Source: a virus
Taxonomy: Duplodnaviria; Caudoviricetes
DNA: 52,316 bases
Virus record (IMG/VR): IMGVR_UViG_3300037470_000717
Coordinates: 1 to 52,316 of that record
Reading direction: 5' to 3' (one strand)
The first letter of the stretch is position 1. Each line of letters begins with the position of its first letter. Positions 25,648 through 33,859 of this stretch are shown in pieces. The notes under the pieces were generated by a model that saw only the letters and a list, made by a program, of their open reading frames with translations, was not told the origin of the DNA and ran no database searches. The position numbers and the translations under genes were made by a program.

Positions 25648-26967
25648 ATGGACACTGGGAAAACTTTAAATCCTGTGAGCCGCCGTGGAAACCGAATGTC
25701 TGGCAACTGGGGTCATCAGGGTCTAAAGGGTGTCTGGGGTGGTTCTTCCGGGAAAGGGCTCAAAGACCTGACGGTCACCGAGATGCGAAATCTTGGGGTG
25801 ACCATGAGCCGATTGTCCATGGCACTTTACGATAATTCGGTACGTCAGGGCACCACGAATGTCCTGCAAGTCAAACTCTTGCAGGCCGAACGTAGTGTCC
25901 TAGACCGCCAATACAAACGAACACATGCCACCGCGCAACGATACCTACGCCTAATCGATGACGAAATGAGTCGTATCCGGCGCGAGGTGGATGCAATTGA
26001 TAAAAAATTGGCTGGTCTGGTCGTAGGGTCGCAGGACTACCACGACCTCAAAGACGCTCGAAAGGATTTGCAGGGACAGGGATTAAACCTTTCCTTGCTG
26101 AAAGCACCGCTTACAAAAGGACTTGTAATCAACAGTATGAGCACACCACGCGATACCTATATGGAAAGAGCCCGGCAGTTTGCGAAATCCGGGAGTGCTA
26201 CAACCGTCCAAGACCTGATTTATCGCGCGGATGCGCTTGCGCCGGTTACAGTCGAGGAACTGGCCGAATTGCAGGGCTTGCTGAATGCACCTGCGCCGGT
26301 CGAACCGCTCGAACGGGTTTATGAGGAACGGCGCTATTTTTCCGAGGATGAACGGACTGCGTTAGCAAAGAGTGGGAACGCTCTCCCGGACGGCTCATTC
26401 CCCATCGTCAACCTTAACGACTTGAAGAATGCAATTCAAGCGTATGGCCGGGCCAGCAACAAAGAGCAGGCTAAAGCACACATTACCAAACGCGCCGAAG
26501 AATTGGGCGCCACGGATGAACTACCGGAGAGTTGGAGCGTGGAACGTTCCGAACCCCTCCCGGACTGGTACGTTAATAACTATTGGGAGCGTCAGGCCGC
26601 CACCATTGCAGACCGCGAATTGATGGGCGCCTACCATCCAGATAACCCGATACAGCGCACGGATGATTTTTCATCGATTGCGTGGGCTGAACTTCCCCCG
26701 GTCGAACGCACACTTGGTGCGGCTGTGCGTCGCCGGGAAATCCGTCGCAACTACGAACAGGCTGCTGACAACATGAAGTTGTCCGGCTGGGAAGCCAAGC
26801 CTATCGTGCCGGGGCGCGCGGAGTTGCAATTTACTGGACGCGATGTAAATGGCGTATTTCGGCAGGCCATTCTTATCCGGCCTGTAGATGGAACGATTTT
26901 CAAAGCGCTGGAAGTGTCCACCCCGCATGTACGTCCCCCACAGGGGAGTGCTCGTTACCATGGCTAA
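25648..26967 (+). CDS. Tagged protein 4: coiled-coil head-associated protein
   Basis: RR-GNRMSGNWGHQGLKGVWGGS tag; coiled coil; ALPDGSFPI...DLKNAIQAYGRA...HITKRAEELG...LPESW module typical of phage head-maturation proteins. Confidence 0.7.
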   Translation: MDTGKTLNPVSRRGNRMSGNWGHQGLKGVWGGSSGKGLKDLTVTEMRNLGVTMSRLSMALYDNSVRQGTTNVLQVKLLQAERSVLDRQYKRTHATAQRYLRLIDDEMSRIRREVDAIDKKLAGLVVGSQDYHDLKDARKDLQGQGLNLSLLKAPLTKGLVINSMSTPRDTYMERARQFAKSGSATTVQDLIYRADALAPVTVEELAELQGLLNAPAPVEPLERVYEERRYFSEDERTALAKSGNALPDGSFPIVNLNDLKNAIQAYGRASNKEQAKAHITKRAEELGATDELPESWSVERSEPLPDWYVNNYWERQAATIADRELMGAYHPDNPIQRTDDFSSIAWAELPPVERTLGAAVRRREIRRNYEQAADNMKLSGWEAKPIVPGRAELQFTGRDVNGVFRQAILIRPVDGTIFKALEVSTPHVRPPQGSARYHG

Positions 26968-28855
26968 ATCAACGACCAAGACCAAAGGGACGACTAACGG
27001 GATGCAGGCCGCTGTTGAACTGGATACCGAAAGCGGGGGTGGTGTCAGTGGTATGGATGCGGCCCAAGAGGAAATGCAACGCACCAAGGCGCAGGCTGGT
27101 TTCATCGAGGGCGGCGGACAGGATGATGTCCGCTGCGGAAACTGCCTATATTTTCAAGGCGGCACCTGTGAAATCGTAGAGGGTGCCATTGGGCCCGATG
27201 ACGTTTGCCAGTTTTTTGCGGTTGTGGAGAACCGAGGAAATATGACCGTAGAAGAAATGCCAATACGAGCCGTACAGAAGACCATGTACATCACGCGCGT
27301 ATCGGAAAACAGAAAATCCGGCAAACGCACATGGTTTGCGACCGCCTCCGGGGTGAAGGAAGATGCCTACGGGGAGCGGATGTCGGTTGACCTCTACCAC
27401 GACTTCGTTGACCGGATGGAAAAACGCGAACCGGTCGCAGCCCCATTCGGAAGCGATTTTTGGAATGGAGGTATGCCCTACCTTTCCATTGCACATCACC
27501 TTGACCTCAATGGAGCTGGCGTTGTCGGCGAGGCTGACGACATGTGGGTTGAGGGAGATGTCTTCAAGGCCAAGGGTACATTCGCGGACACCGAACTTGC
27601 GGATGCGGTCTTCCGTGCCATCCAAGAGGACAAGGCGAAAAACGTTCCGGACGAACAGCAGGTGCGTATCTCCATTGCCTTTTTGGACTATGGACACAGC
27701 CATGAGGGGTTTGGAACATTCAGTCGGAAATCGATGTCCGACACATGCCAATTTTGCAGCACCGGCGTGAAAGATAAGGTTTATCGCAGCGGCATTCTTA
27801 TTCATTTGGCTGTGACGCGCATTCCGGCGTATACAGATACCGCAATCGATGTTGTGGAGCGTGCTATGAGTACAACTGACAAATCAAACTCGCGTTTCAA
27901 TGACGCGGCCAGTATCGTTGGCCCGGAAAAGGCTGCTGAACTGGAAGAACTATCTGCCGAACTGGTTGGCCGCTCCGGAAAGAATGTGGACGCCAATGCG
28001 GTAGTTATCAAGTCGGAGGACGACATGAAGAAAGACGATAAAGAAGCCGAAGTCGAGGACGTCGAGGAAGAAGACGTAGTCGAAGATAAAAAGGAAGACG
28101 AGGAAGAAGATACGGCAGAATATAAGTCTGCCCCATGGGGGGGTGCTACGTCTCTGGATGAAGCGGATGCCTTTTTCGATAAACAGCCTGCCAAGCAGCG
28201 CGCACTGGTAACCACCGAAGATGTGGTAGCCGGGGTCATTGGCAATCTCGTGGGTGCGAACGCGGGGCAGCGTGAGGCCATCGGAAAGGTCATCTTTGAC
28301 TATGCCGAGCGCTTCGACAATCACGCGGTGGCTACGTTGGATGCCGTCCGGGATGAATTGGCCCAGATGCGTTCCCAGAACGCCCCGGCTGATGGTTCCT
28401 CAATCCATCCGGTTTTGGGTGAAGTCGAGGCCGAGGTCAATAAAGCCTTCGATGAAGCGGCTGCCTCTGAATTGTCTCTGGAGGAAAAGTTCGCTATCGT
28501 TCAGGTGCCAATCAATCGTATGGCCGAGGTCATCCGGGCGGCTATGGAAGGGGAAGCGTCTGGTGACGACATTGAGGCTATTGTGTCGCGCCGGGTAGCA
28601 GAAGCCACGGCTGGCATCCAACGGCAATTGGAAGAATTAACGCAACTGACCCGGTCGCAGATTCAGTCCGGTAGCGTGAACGCCCAGCAAGGTGGGGCGG
28701 TGCGCCGGTCTGTTTTTGGGAATAACTCGTTTACTGCCGGCGCACAGCGTGCAGCGCAACCCGTTGTACAGCGTGTCGAGGACAATGCGGAGGGTGCTCC
28801 AAAAAGCACAACCCCGAAACTGCGAAACATCATCAATCGCACTACCCATATGTAA
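26960..28855 (+). CDS. Prohead protease/scaffold fusion with N-terminal HiPIP-like Cys motif
   Basis: Directly upstream of the capsid gene; GGGGAG RBS; protease-like core (DAYGERM..HH..RISIAF..HLAVTRIPAY); acidic coiled-coil C-terminus. Confidence 0.7.
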   Translation: MAKSTTKTKGTTNGMQAAVELDTESGGGVSGMDAAQEEMQRTKAQAGFIEGGGQDDVRCGNCLYFQGGTCEIVEGAIGPDDVCQFFAVVENRGNMTVEEMPIRAVQKTMYITRVSENRKSGKRTWFATASGVKEDAYGERMSVDLYHDFVDRMEKREPVAAPFGSDFWNGGMPYLSIAHHLDLNGAGVVGEADDMWVEGDVFKAKGTFADTELADAVFRAIQEDKAKNVPDEQQVRISIAFLDYGHSHEGFGTFSRKSMSDTCQFCSTGVKDKVYRSGILIHLAVTRIPAYTDTAIDVVERAMSTTDKSNSRFNDAASIVGPEKAAELEELSAELVGRSGKNVDANAVVIKSEDDMKKDDKEAEVEDVEEEDVVEDKKEDEEEDTAEYKSAPWGGATSLDEADAFFDKQPAKQRALVTTEDVVAGVIGNLVGANAGQREAIGKVIFDYAERFDNHAVATLDAVRDELAQMRSQNAPADGSSIHPVLGEVEAEVNKAFDEAAASELSLEEKFAIVQVPINRMAEVIRAAMEGEASGDDIEAIVSRRVAEATAGIQRQLEELTQLTRSQIQSGSVNAQQGGAVRRSVFGNNSFTAGAQRAAQPVVQRVEDNAEGAPKSTTPKLRNIINRTTHM

Positions 28856-28933
28856 TCACTTCGTTGTGGGTGCCTGCCTTTTGGGTGCAGGCACGTGAAG
28901 CAACGTTGAAATCAACCAACGCAAGAGGTTACT

Positions 28934-30109
28934 ATGCAACCCGTACAACTTTCAAACGGCGAAACCATGCTGCCGCTGGGCGGAGATACTGGTCTTATCG
29001 CCCGCCAGAATGACCCTGTGATTTCCCCGCAGCCGTATTCCAGCCCGGCTGACTTCGCGGCCCAATATCCGACCCCGTTGGATACGACCGAAATTATCGC
29101 CATGTGCGAAGAAGTCACCCTGCTGCAAGCGCTGCCAGAGGACGAAACCGCTCTCAAAGAGCACACGTGGCGTGAACTGAACTCGCTGGCCTTCACCAGC
29201 GGCTCGGCCTATATCTCCTTCGCAGACGGCGTCTGCCCGGAGGAATACACCCACGACGGCTCGAACACCACCGTGACTTTGAAGAACGTCGGTGCCAAGA
29301 AATCGCTGACCTACAGTGATATCAAGCACTCGATGGCGGTCGCGGCTGCCAACTGGAACGGTATCAACCAACTGGTAGGCGGCGTCCCGTGGGGCGAAGG
29401 CGTGCCCGGCGGTTCCGACATGGCCTCGTTTCAGGTCGAAACCGTCCGCGATGTGAAGGAAAAGGAAGCGCGTCTGGCTATGACGCTCGTCCTCAATGGC
29501 TGGGATAACCTGCTGGTGAACGGCGATTCGAGCAGCAATTCGCTGGAATTCGACGGTATTGTGACCACCGTAACCTCCGAGAATGGTGCTCACACAAACT
29601 CCAGCGGTGCCTCCGGCGCTTTCTCCGGTCAGTCCTATGACCAGTTCCTTGCGGAAGGGTGCGCCAAACCGACCACGCTGGTCGGTCACCCGCAGGCCAT
29701 TCAGGAAGTGATGTCCGCGTATTTCGCGCTGGGCTTCAACGGCTCCCAAGTCGTGAACTTCTCGAATGGTTCCCGCATTACCCCCGGATACAACTTCGAT
29801 GGCTACGTCAATACGGGCGTGGGCCGTCTGGAAGTCATTGCGGATGCGAATTTTCCGCGTGTGGCTTCCGGTGCGACCACGTTCCAATCGACCGTCTACA
29901 GCCTGCGCAAGACGCACAACGGCACGCCGCTGGTGTACAAGCTGCACCAGTTCCCCCTGTCGTTCCGCGACCTGATGCCCGGTTGTACCGCCGTCCAGTT
30001 CGAGGTCTGGGCAAAAACCGCTCTGATTATCAAGCACGTGTGTGCGCATGGCGCTTACACGAGCCTGTTCACTGGCGGAATCGTGACGACCTGCCCGGTT
30101 ATCGGCTAA
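28934..30109 (+). CDS. Major capsid protein
   Basis: 391 aa after the protease/scaffold; GAGGT RBS; strong C-ending codon bias; LLVNGDS...EFDGI motif; strong terminator downstream. Confidence 0.85.
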   Translation: MQPVQLSNGETMLPLGGDTGLIARQNDPVISPQPYSSPADFAAQYPTPLDTTEIIAMCEEVTLLQALPEDETALKEHTWRELNSLAFTSGSAYISFADGVCPEEYTHDGSNTTVTLKNVGAKKSLTYSDIKHSMAVAAANWNGINQLVGGVPWGEGVPGGSDMASFQVETVRDVKEKEARLAMTLVLNGWDNLLVNGDSSSNSLEFDGIVTTVTSENGAHTNSSGASGAFSGQSYDQFLAEGCAKPTTLVGHPQAIQEVMSAYFALGFNGSQVVNFSNGSRITPGYNFDGYVNTGVGRLEVIADANFPRVASGATTFQSTVYSLRKTHNGTPLVYKLHQFPLSFRDLMPGCTAVQFEVWAKTALIIKHVCAHGAYTSLFTGGIVTTCPVIG

Positions 30110-30126
30110 GTCGTACCCGTAGAATC

Positions 30127-30161
30127 AAACAGCCCCGGCATTGCCGGGGCTGTTTTGTTTT
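30127..30161. terminator. Intrinsic (probably bidirectional) terminator
   Basis: AAACAGCCCCGGCA / TGCCGGGGCTGTTT stem between convergent genes. Confidence 0.85.
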
Positions 30162-30172
30162 GAACAGACTTG

Positions 30173-30469
30173 TTAATCTGTGTCAAGCAGCCAACTGCTA
30201 CGGTCACCTTCTTCGAGCACATTCTCAAACATTAAAAGTCCGTACACCAAACCGTTTCGGTAGTGTTCCAATTGGGATGCGTCTGCCCATCGTTCCTTCC
30301 CGATGGCTTCGTCCTGCCGTTTTTTTGTGCGCTTGTATTCAATTAACTGCGAGTGATAGGCTGCTACCAGCTTTTCTTTGTTGGCCGCCAATTCTTCTTT
30401 GGCGTCGGCCAATCCTTCTTTGGCGTCGGCCAAATCGTTCAAGCATTGTAATTCGCTGTCTTTGTCCAT
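30173..30469 (-). CDS. Coiled-coil hypothetical protein with heptad repeat
   Basis: LADAKEG-LADAKEE-LAANKEK encoded by a 21-bp tandem duplication; AGGA RBS. Confidence 0.65.
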   Translation of the reverse strand: MDKDSELQCLNDLADAKEGLADAKEELAANKEKLVAAYHSQLIEYKRTKKRQDEAIGKERWADASQLEHYRNGLVYGLLMFENVLEEGDRSSWLLDTD

Positions 30470-30478
30470 GAGTTTATC

Positions 30479-30727
30479 CTATCCTTTTTTCGTGGTGTCA
30501 GGTGACCGTCCGCAGGACGTGCACCATGTTTTGGGTTCTGCCATATACTGGGCGGCTACTTTCCGGGTGTCGAAGTGCATCACTTCCGAGTGCTCATTGC
30601 AGATGAGCGCGTATTTCCCTGATTCTGTATCCAGTCCGCCTTCCTCGGCTTTTACCATTACAATGGTTGTGCCGGTTTGGCGATTCTTGCGATGCGTGCA
30701 GTAGCCTTCCCAATGGTTTATTCTCAT
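30479..30727 (-). CDS. Small hypothetical protein (C/H, CxxC)
   Basis: TGATG overlap with the upstream gene; ICNEH...WCTSC. Confidence 0.65.
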   Translation of the reverse strand: MRINHWEGYCTHRKNRQTGTTIVMVKAEEGGLDTESGKYALICNEHSEVMHFDTRKVAAQYMAEPKTWCTSCGRSPDTTKKG

Positions 30728-31293
30728 CAGCGATACCCCGGTAAATCCTGATAATACTGGTCACGGAGCCAGTCCTGTTCGTCTTTGTGGTAATAAGCAT
30801 CTTCGGCCTCTTTTTCCCGCTGGGCGAGAAATTCATCGTAGGCCACTTCCGTCTCGTAGTCTTCCTCACGCATGCGTTCGGTGCATGTTTTGCATACCAG
30901 TGCGTCACCTTCACGCGGGCCTTCGCATTCAATGCACTTCTTGCTCCGGTTCATCAGGTCGCCGAACCGGGTGGGGGTGAAGTGAATGTCACGCTCGATG
31001 CGCAGCCCGTCGAGCGTGTGTATGGTGCCGTTTTCCAAATCCAGCAGGTCGACGGAAATACGGACATCCTGTAGCTCTGCCATCGAGAAGTACCCCCATT
31101 CCGGGAAGTATGTTCCATCGACATAGCCGAAGAAAATGTTACTGCCGTCGAACTCGACCGCATACCATGTCTCACCGCCGGCAGGATTGAAGAACTTGGC
31201 CTGTACGATTTTCTCGTCGGCTGGGGTGCCATCCGTTGCGTACAACGGGGGCAGGTCTTTCAGGTTTTGCTTGGTCAGGAATTTTTGAGCCAT
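30727..31293 (-). CDS. DUF2958-like protein with C-terminal Zn ribbon
   Basis: LPPLYAT...KFFNPAGGETWYAVEFD...FFGYV...PEWGYFSMAEL...IERDIHF; AGGAGG RBS. Confidence 0.8.
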   Translation of the reverse strand: MAQKFLTKQNLKDLPPLYATDGTPADEKIVQAKFFNPAGGETWYAVEFDGSNIFFGYVDGTYFPEWGYFSMAELQDVRISVDLLDLENGTIHTLDGLRIERDIHFTPTRFGDLMNRSKKCIECEGPREGDALVCKTCTERMREEDYETEVAYDEFLAQREKEAEDAYYHKDEQDWLRDQYYQDLPGYR

Positions 31294-31359
31294 GTTTGTT
31301 CCTCCTATTATTGGAACCCTCCAAATTTTCGAGATTTTTCAATGGCAATTAAGGCGTTG

Positions 31360-31632
31360 CTACAATTCTGTGCCTTCAAACACGGAAGCGTAAACATTCT
31401 CCCTGTTGAGGCGTTCCAACTGTTCGGGGTCAAATCGGCGGCAGCACCATTCAGCAACGCCCTTTTCTGGGCCCGGTCGAAAGGTCGAGATTTGCGCCAC
31501 GTATCCCATACGGCGATAGCGCAGGGGGTAGACTTCCGTCACCCTCAATTGATGTCCTCCCGGATAGGTCAAAGCCCCGTTTATCCGTTCGTTCGCCCCT
31601 TTAATGGCCTCTAATTTTTGTTTGCGTCTCAT
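31360..31632 (-). CDS. Hypothetical protein, first gene of island 2
   Basis: GGAGGG RBS after the duplicated promoter. Confidence 0.65.
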   Translation of the reverse strand: MRRKQKLEAIKGANERINGALTYPGGHQLRVTEVYPLRYRRMGYVAQISTFRPGPEKGVAEWCCRRFDPEQLERLNRENVYASVFEGTEL

Positions 31633-31639
31633 TAGCTAC

Positions 31640-31694
31640 CCTCCAGTTTCGTTTGTCCGACATCTTTATTATACCATGAATTGCAATATGTCAA
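31640..31694 (-). promoter_or_regulatory. Island promoter and leader, copy 2
   Basis: Minus strand TTGACA-15-TATAAT (TG-extended), ATTGCAAT in the spacer; near-identical to 25381-25437. Confidence 0.75.
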
Positions 31695-31813
31695 GCAGAT
31701 TGCCCCCCTACTTTCTATGATGAAAAGAAATAGTATATTGCAGTATATCCATAGTAGTTTTTTTCTTTTTACAAAAATCCCACAACTATTGGGTTTATTG
31801 TTATAATAAAAAC

Positions 31814-32038
31814 GTGATTGAACTGGAACAGGCAACCAGTCGCCTGAAACGGGGAACATGGGGAGAATTCCCCGGCGGAGTGCGCATTATGTGCCCTTAC
31901 GGGCACTCCAGTAGCTTGCTAGACCACGCTATCTATGATGACGGGACAGTGCATCCTTTTGTCGAATGTTCAAAATGCGCGTGGCGCGGCGACGTGAAAC
32001 TCTTGAACTGGCAGCCCCAACCTCTTTTTACCCAATAA
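31814..32038 (+). CDS. Small Zn-ribbon protein, probably leaderless
   Basis: TGtTATAAT ends 6 nt before the GTG; CPYGH..HPFVECSKC. Confidence 0.6.
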   Translation: MIELEQATSRLKRGTWGEFPGGVRIMCPYGHSSSLLDHAIYDDGTVHPFVECSKCAWRGDVKLLNWQPQPLFTQ

Positions 32039-32379
32039 CCTTGGACAACCTTATTTCCGAACAATACCAAATCCCGGAAGACGCCATCCAGAATGATGAT
32101 GGTTTTTTTGTGCTTTCTGGAACTACGGCAATCGTTTATAATGCCGATGGGTGGGTCGCCATGCGGTATCATTATCAAAACCGCCTTATGGTTTCCTGCG
32201 GCCCTAACACCTATGTTTTCGCCATGCAAGCTAACATTAGTTTTGCGTGGGTTCGTCCAGAAGATGTTCCCTGCTGTCAGGCGGTTACTGGCGGCTGTTG
32301 CGGACAGCGAAGACCGAACATCATAAGATATGCCAATGAGTCCGATGCCCGGCGCTGGACGAACCGGGGTGGACGCTAA
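31966..32379 (+). CDS. Small Cys-rich protein (GGCCG motif)
   Basis: YVF..VRPEDVPCC..GGCCG; start uncertain. Confidence 0.6.
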   Translation: MFKMRVARRRETLELAAPTSFYPITLDNLISEQYQIPEDAIQNDDGFFVLSGTTAIVYNADGWVAMRYHYQNRLMVSCGPNTYVFAMQANISFAWVRPEDVPCCQAVTGGCCGQRRPNIIRYANESDARRWTNRGGR

Positions 32380-32393
32380 AGAAAGGAAGATGA

Positions 32394-33038
32394 ATGGACG
32401 CATTTCGGATTGAATTTCTCAACTATTTGGAGGCCGAACCCGGCACGCTCCAATACGACTTGGAGGCTCTTGAAACTGCGCCTCCCCCCTTTTCCACGCT
32501 GGATGATGTCGTTATTCTCCGGGTGGGACAGACCCAGATGGGTGTCATCCTGACGGGTGACCAGCAGTGGGTGTTGGTTGTCAGCAATGAACTCCCCGCG
32601 CCTTACTGGGCGGAACTGACCGACGAACTGATTGCGCAGTTTAACATCCATATGTCTGCGTTATTCCATTTACCTGCGCTGCCACCCACGGGCGAGATGG
32701 ATGCTGGCCTCATTGAAGGCAGCGTCGACCCGTCCGATTTACCTGCCGAGGCAGTCGGGGTACCCCCGGTTGATGAAGCAAAACCGGATACTTCACCACG
32801 TGTCGAGACAGCCGTCGAAGACGAGTCTCCAGAGCCCAATCGTGGCCTTCTCGGCAGATTTTTCCCGTCTGCGAACGGCCAGACACCTGACGATGTTTCT
32901 CCTGATGAAGATGAGGCCGGCGCGGAAGGGGAAACTGAACAAGTTCCTTTGGCAGACTTACAGAACCTCGAAGAACAGCCAGACCAGCCACCGATGTCCG
33001 TGCGTGTTGCGCGTGCGACGAATGGGCACGGCGAATAG
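32394..33038 (+). CDS. Acidic hypothetical protein with disordered C-terminus
   Basis: AAAGGA RBS; 214 aa. Confidence 0.65.
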   Translation: MDAFRIEFLNYLEAEPGTLQYDLEALETAPPPFSTLDDVVILRVGQTQMGVILTGDQQWVLVVSNELPAPYWAELTDELIAQFNIHMSALFHLPALPPTGEMDAGLIEGSVDPSDLPAEAVGVPPVDEAKPDTSPRVETAVEDESPEPNRGLLGRFFPSANGQTPDDVSPDEDEAGAEGETEQVPLADLQNLEEQPDQPPMSVRVARATNGHGE

Positions 33039-33859
33039 CCTCTGAAAACATCGCGGTTATTGGTATCCGGGGAAGGTTAGGAAGTGAATTAGTCCGACAG
33101 GGTTGTACCCCGTTGGACGTTGACATCACTGACGTTTTTAATCTTGAAGAATTCTTTAAGGGTAAAGAGTTTCGCGCAGTAATCAACTGCGCAGCCTATA
33201 CCCAAGTCGATGAAGCTGAAACCGAGCAGGGCCAGCGGGACGCGTTCCTTATCAACATGCGCGGGCCGCTGGCCCTGCGACGTTCTTTCCCCGGTTATGT
33301 TGTGCATATCTCCACCGGTTTTGTTTTTGCCGGGGATAGACCGATGCCTTATACGGAAGATGACGACCCCAATCCATTAAGCCTATACGCGAGTTCAAAG
33401 TGGGGCGGTGAAATCGCGGTGGCTACGGTTGAGCCCTATCTCATCGTGCGCACCCTCGACCTGTTCGGTGAGAACACCCCCACTGATTATGTTAAGGGAG
33501 TTCTGGCGCAACTGGAGAGGGGTGAAACCGTTGAACGTCCTTACACCCTTCACGGCAACCCGACCTATATTCCGTCTCTGGCACGTGGTATTTTGCAAGC
33601 CGTTACCCTCAATGTCACTGGCAGATTAAATCTTGTCGGTTCTACCGTTATCAATCGGTTTGACTTTGCCCATATGATTGCCAAAACATGGGGATATGAT
33701 GTACAATCTGTGCAACCTACCGAAGAAATACGGGGCGCGGCGCCCCGACCGAAGATGGCTACCCTGAATGTCGAGAAGGCCCAATCCTTGGGCATTGAAA
33801 CCCTCGAAGTACAGGACGGCCTCAATCGAATGAAAGAAGCACTCGCCGCCAATGAGTAA
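33035..33859 (+). CDS. rfbD: NDP-4-keto-6-deoxysugar reductase (RmlD/RfbD-like SDR)
   Basis: In-frame IAVIGIRGRLG Rossmann motif upstream of the track start, INCAAYTQVD, HISTGFVF, YASSK, GNPTY; no canonical start before the Rossmann motif. Confidence 0.8.
   Translation: MASENIAVIGIRGRLGSELVRQGCTPLDVDITDVFNLEEFFKGKEFRAVINCAAYTQVDEAETEQGQRDAFLINMRGPLALRRSFPGYVVHISTGFVFAGDRPMPYTEDDDPNPLSLYASSKWGGEIAVATVEPYLIVRTLDLFGENTPTDYVKGVLAQLERGETVERPYTLHGNPTYIPSLARGILQAVTLNVTGRLNLVGSTVINRFDFAHMIAKTWGYDVQSVQPTEEIRGAAPRPKMATLNVEKAQSLGIETLEVQDGLNRMKEALAANE

Noticed and set aside
28952-30049. 365-aa antisense ORF over the capsid gene
   Set aside because: Shadow of the strong codon bias of MCP; no RBS or motifs
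11281-31781. AAAATCCC upstream of three -10 boxes (11281, 25572, 31774) as a shared activator site
   Set aside because: Distances to the -10 are inconsistent (25, 12 and 20 nt), so chance cannot be excluded
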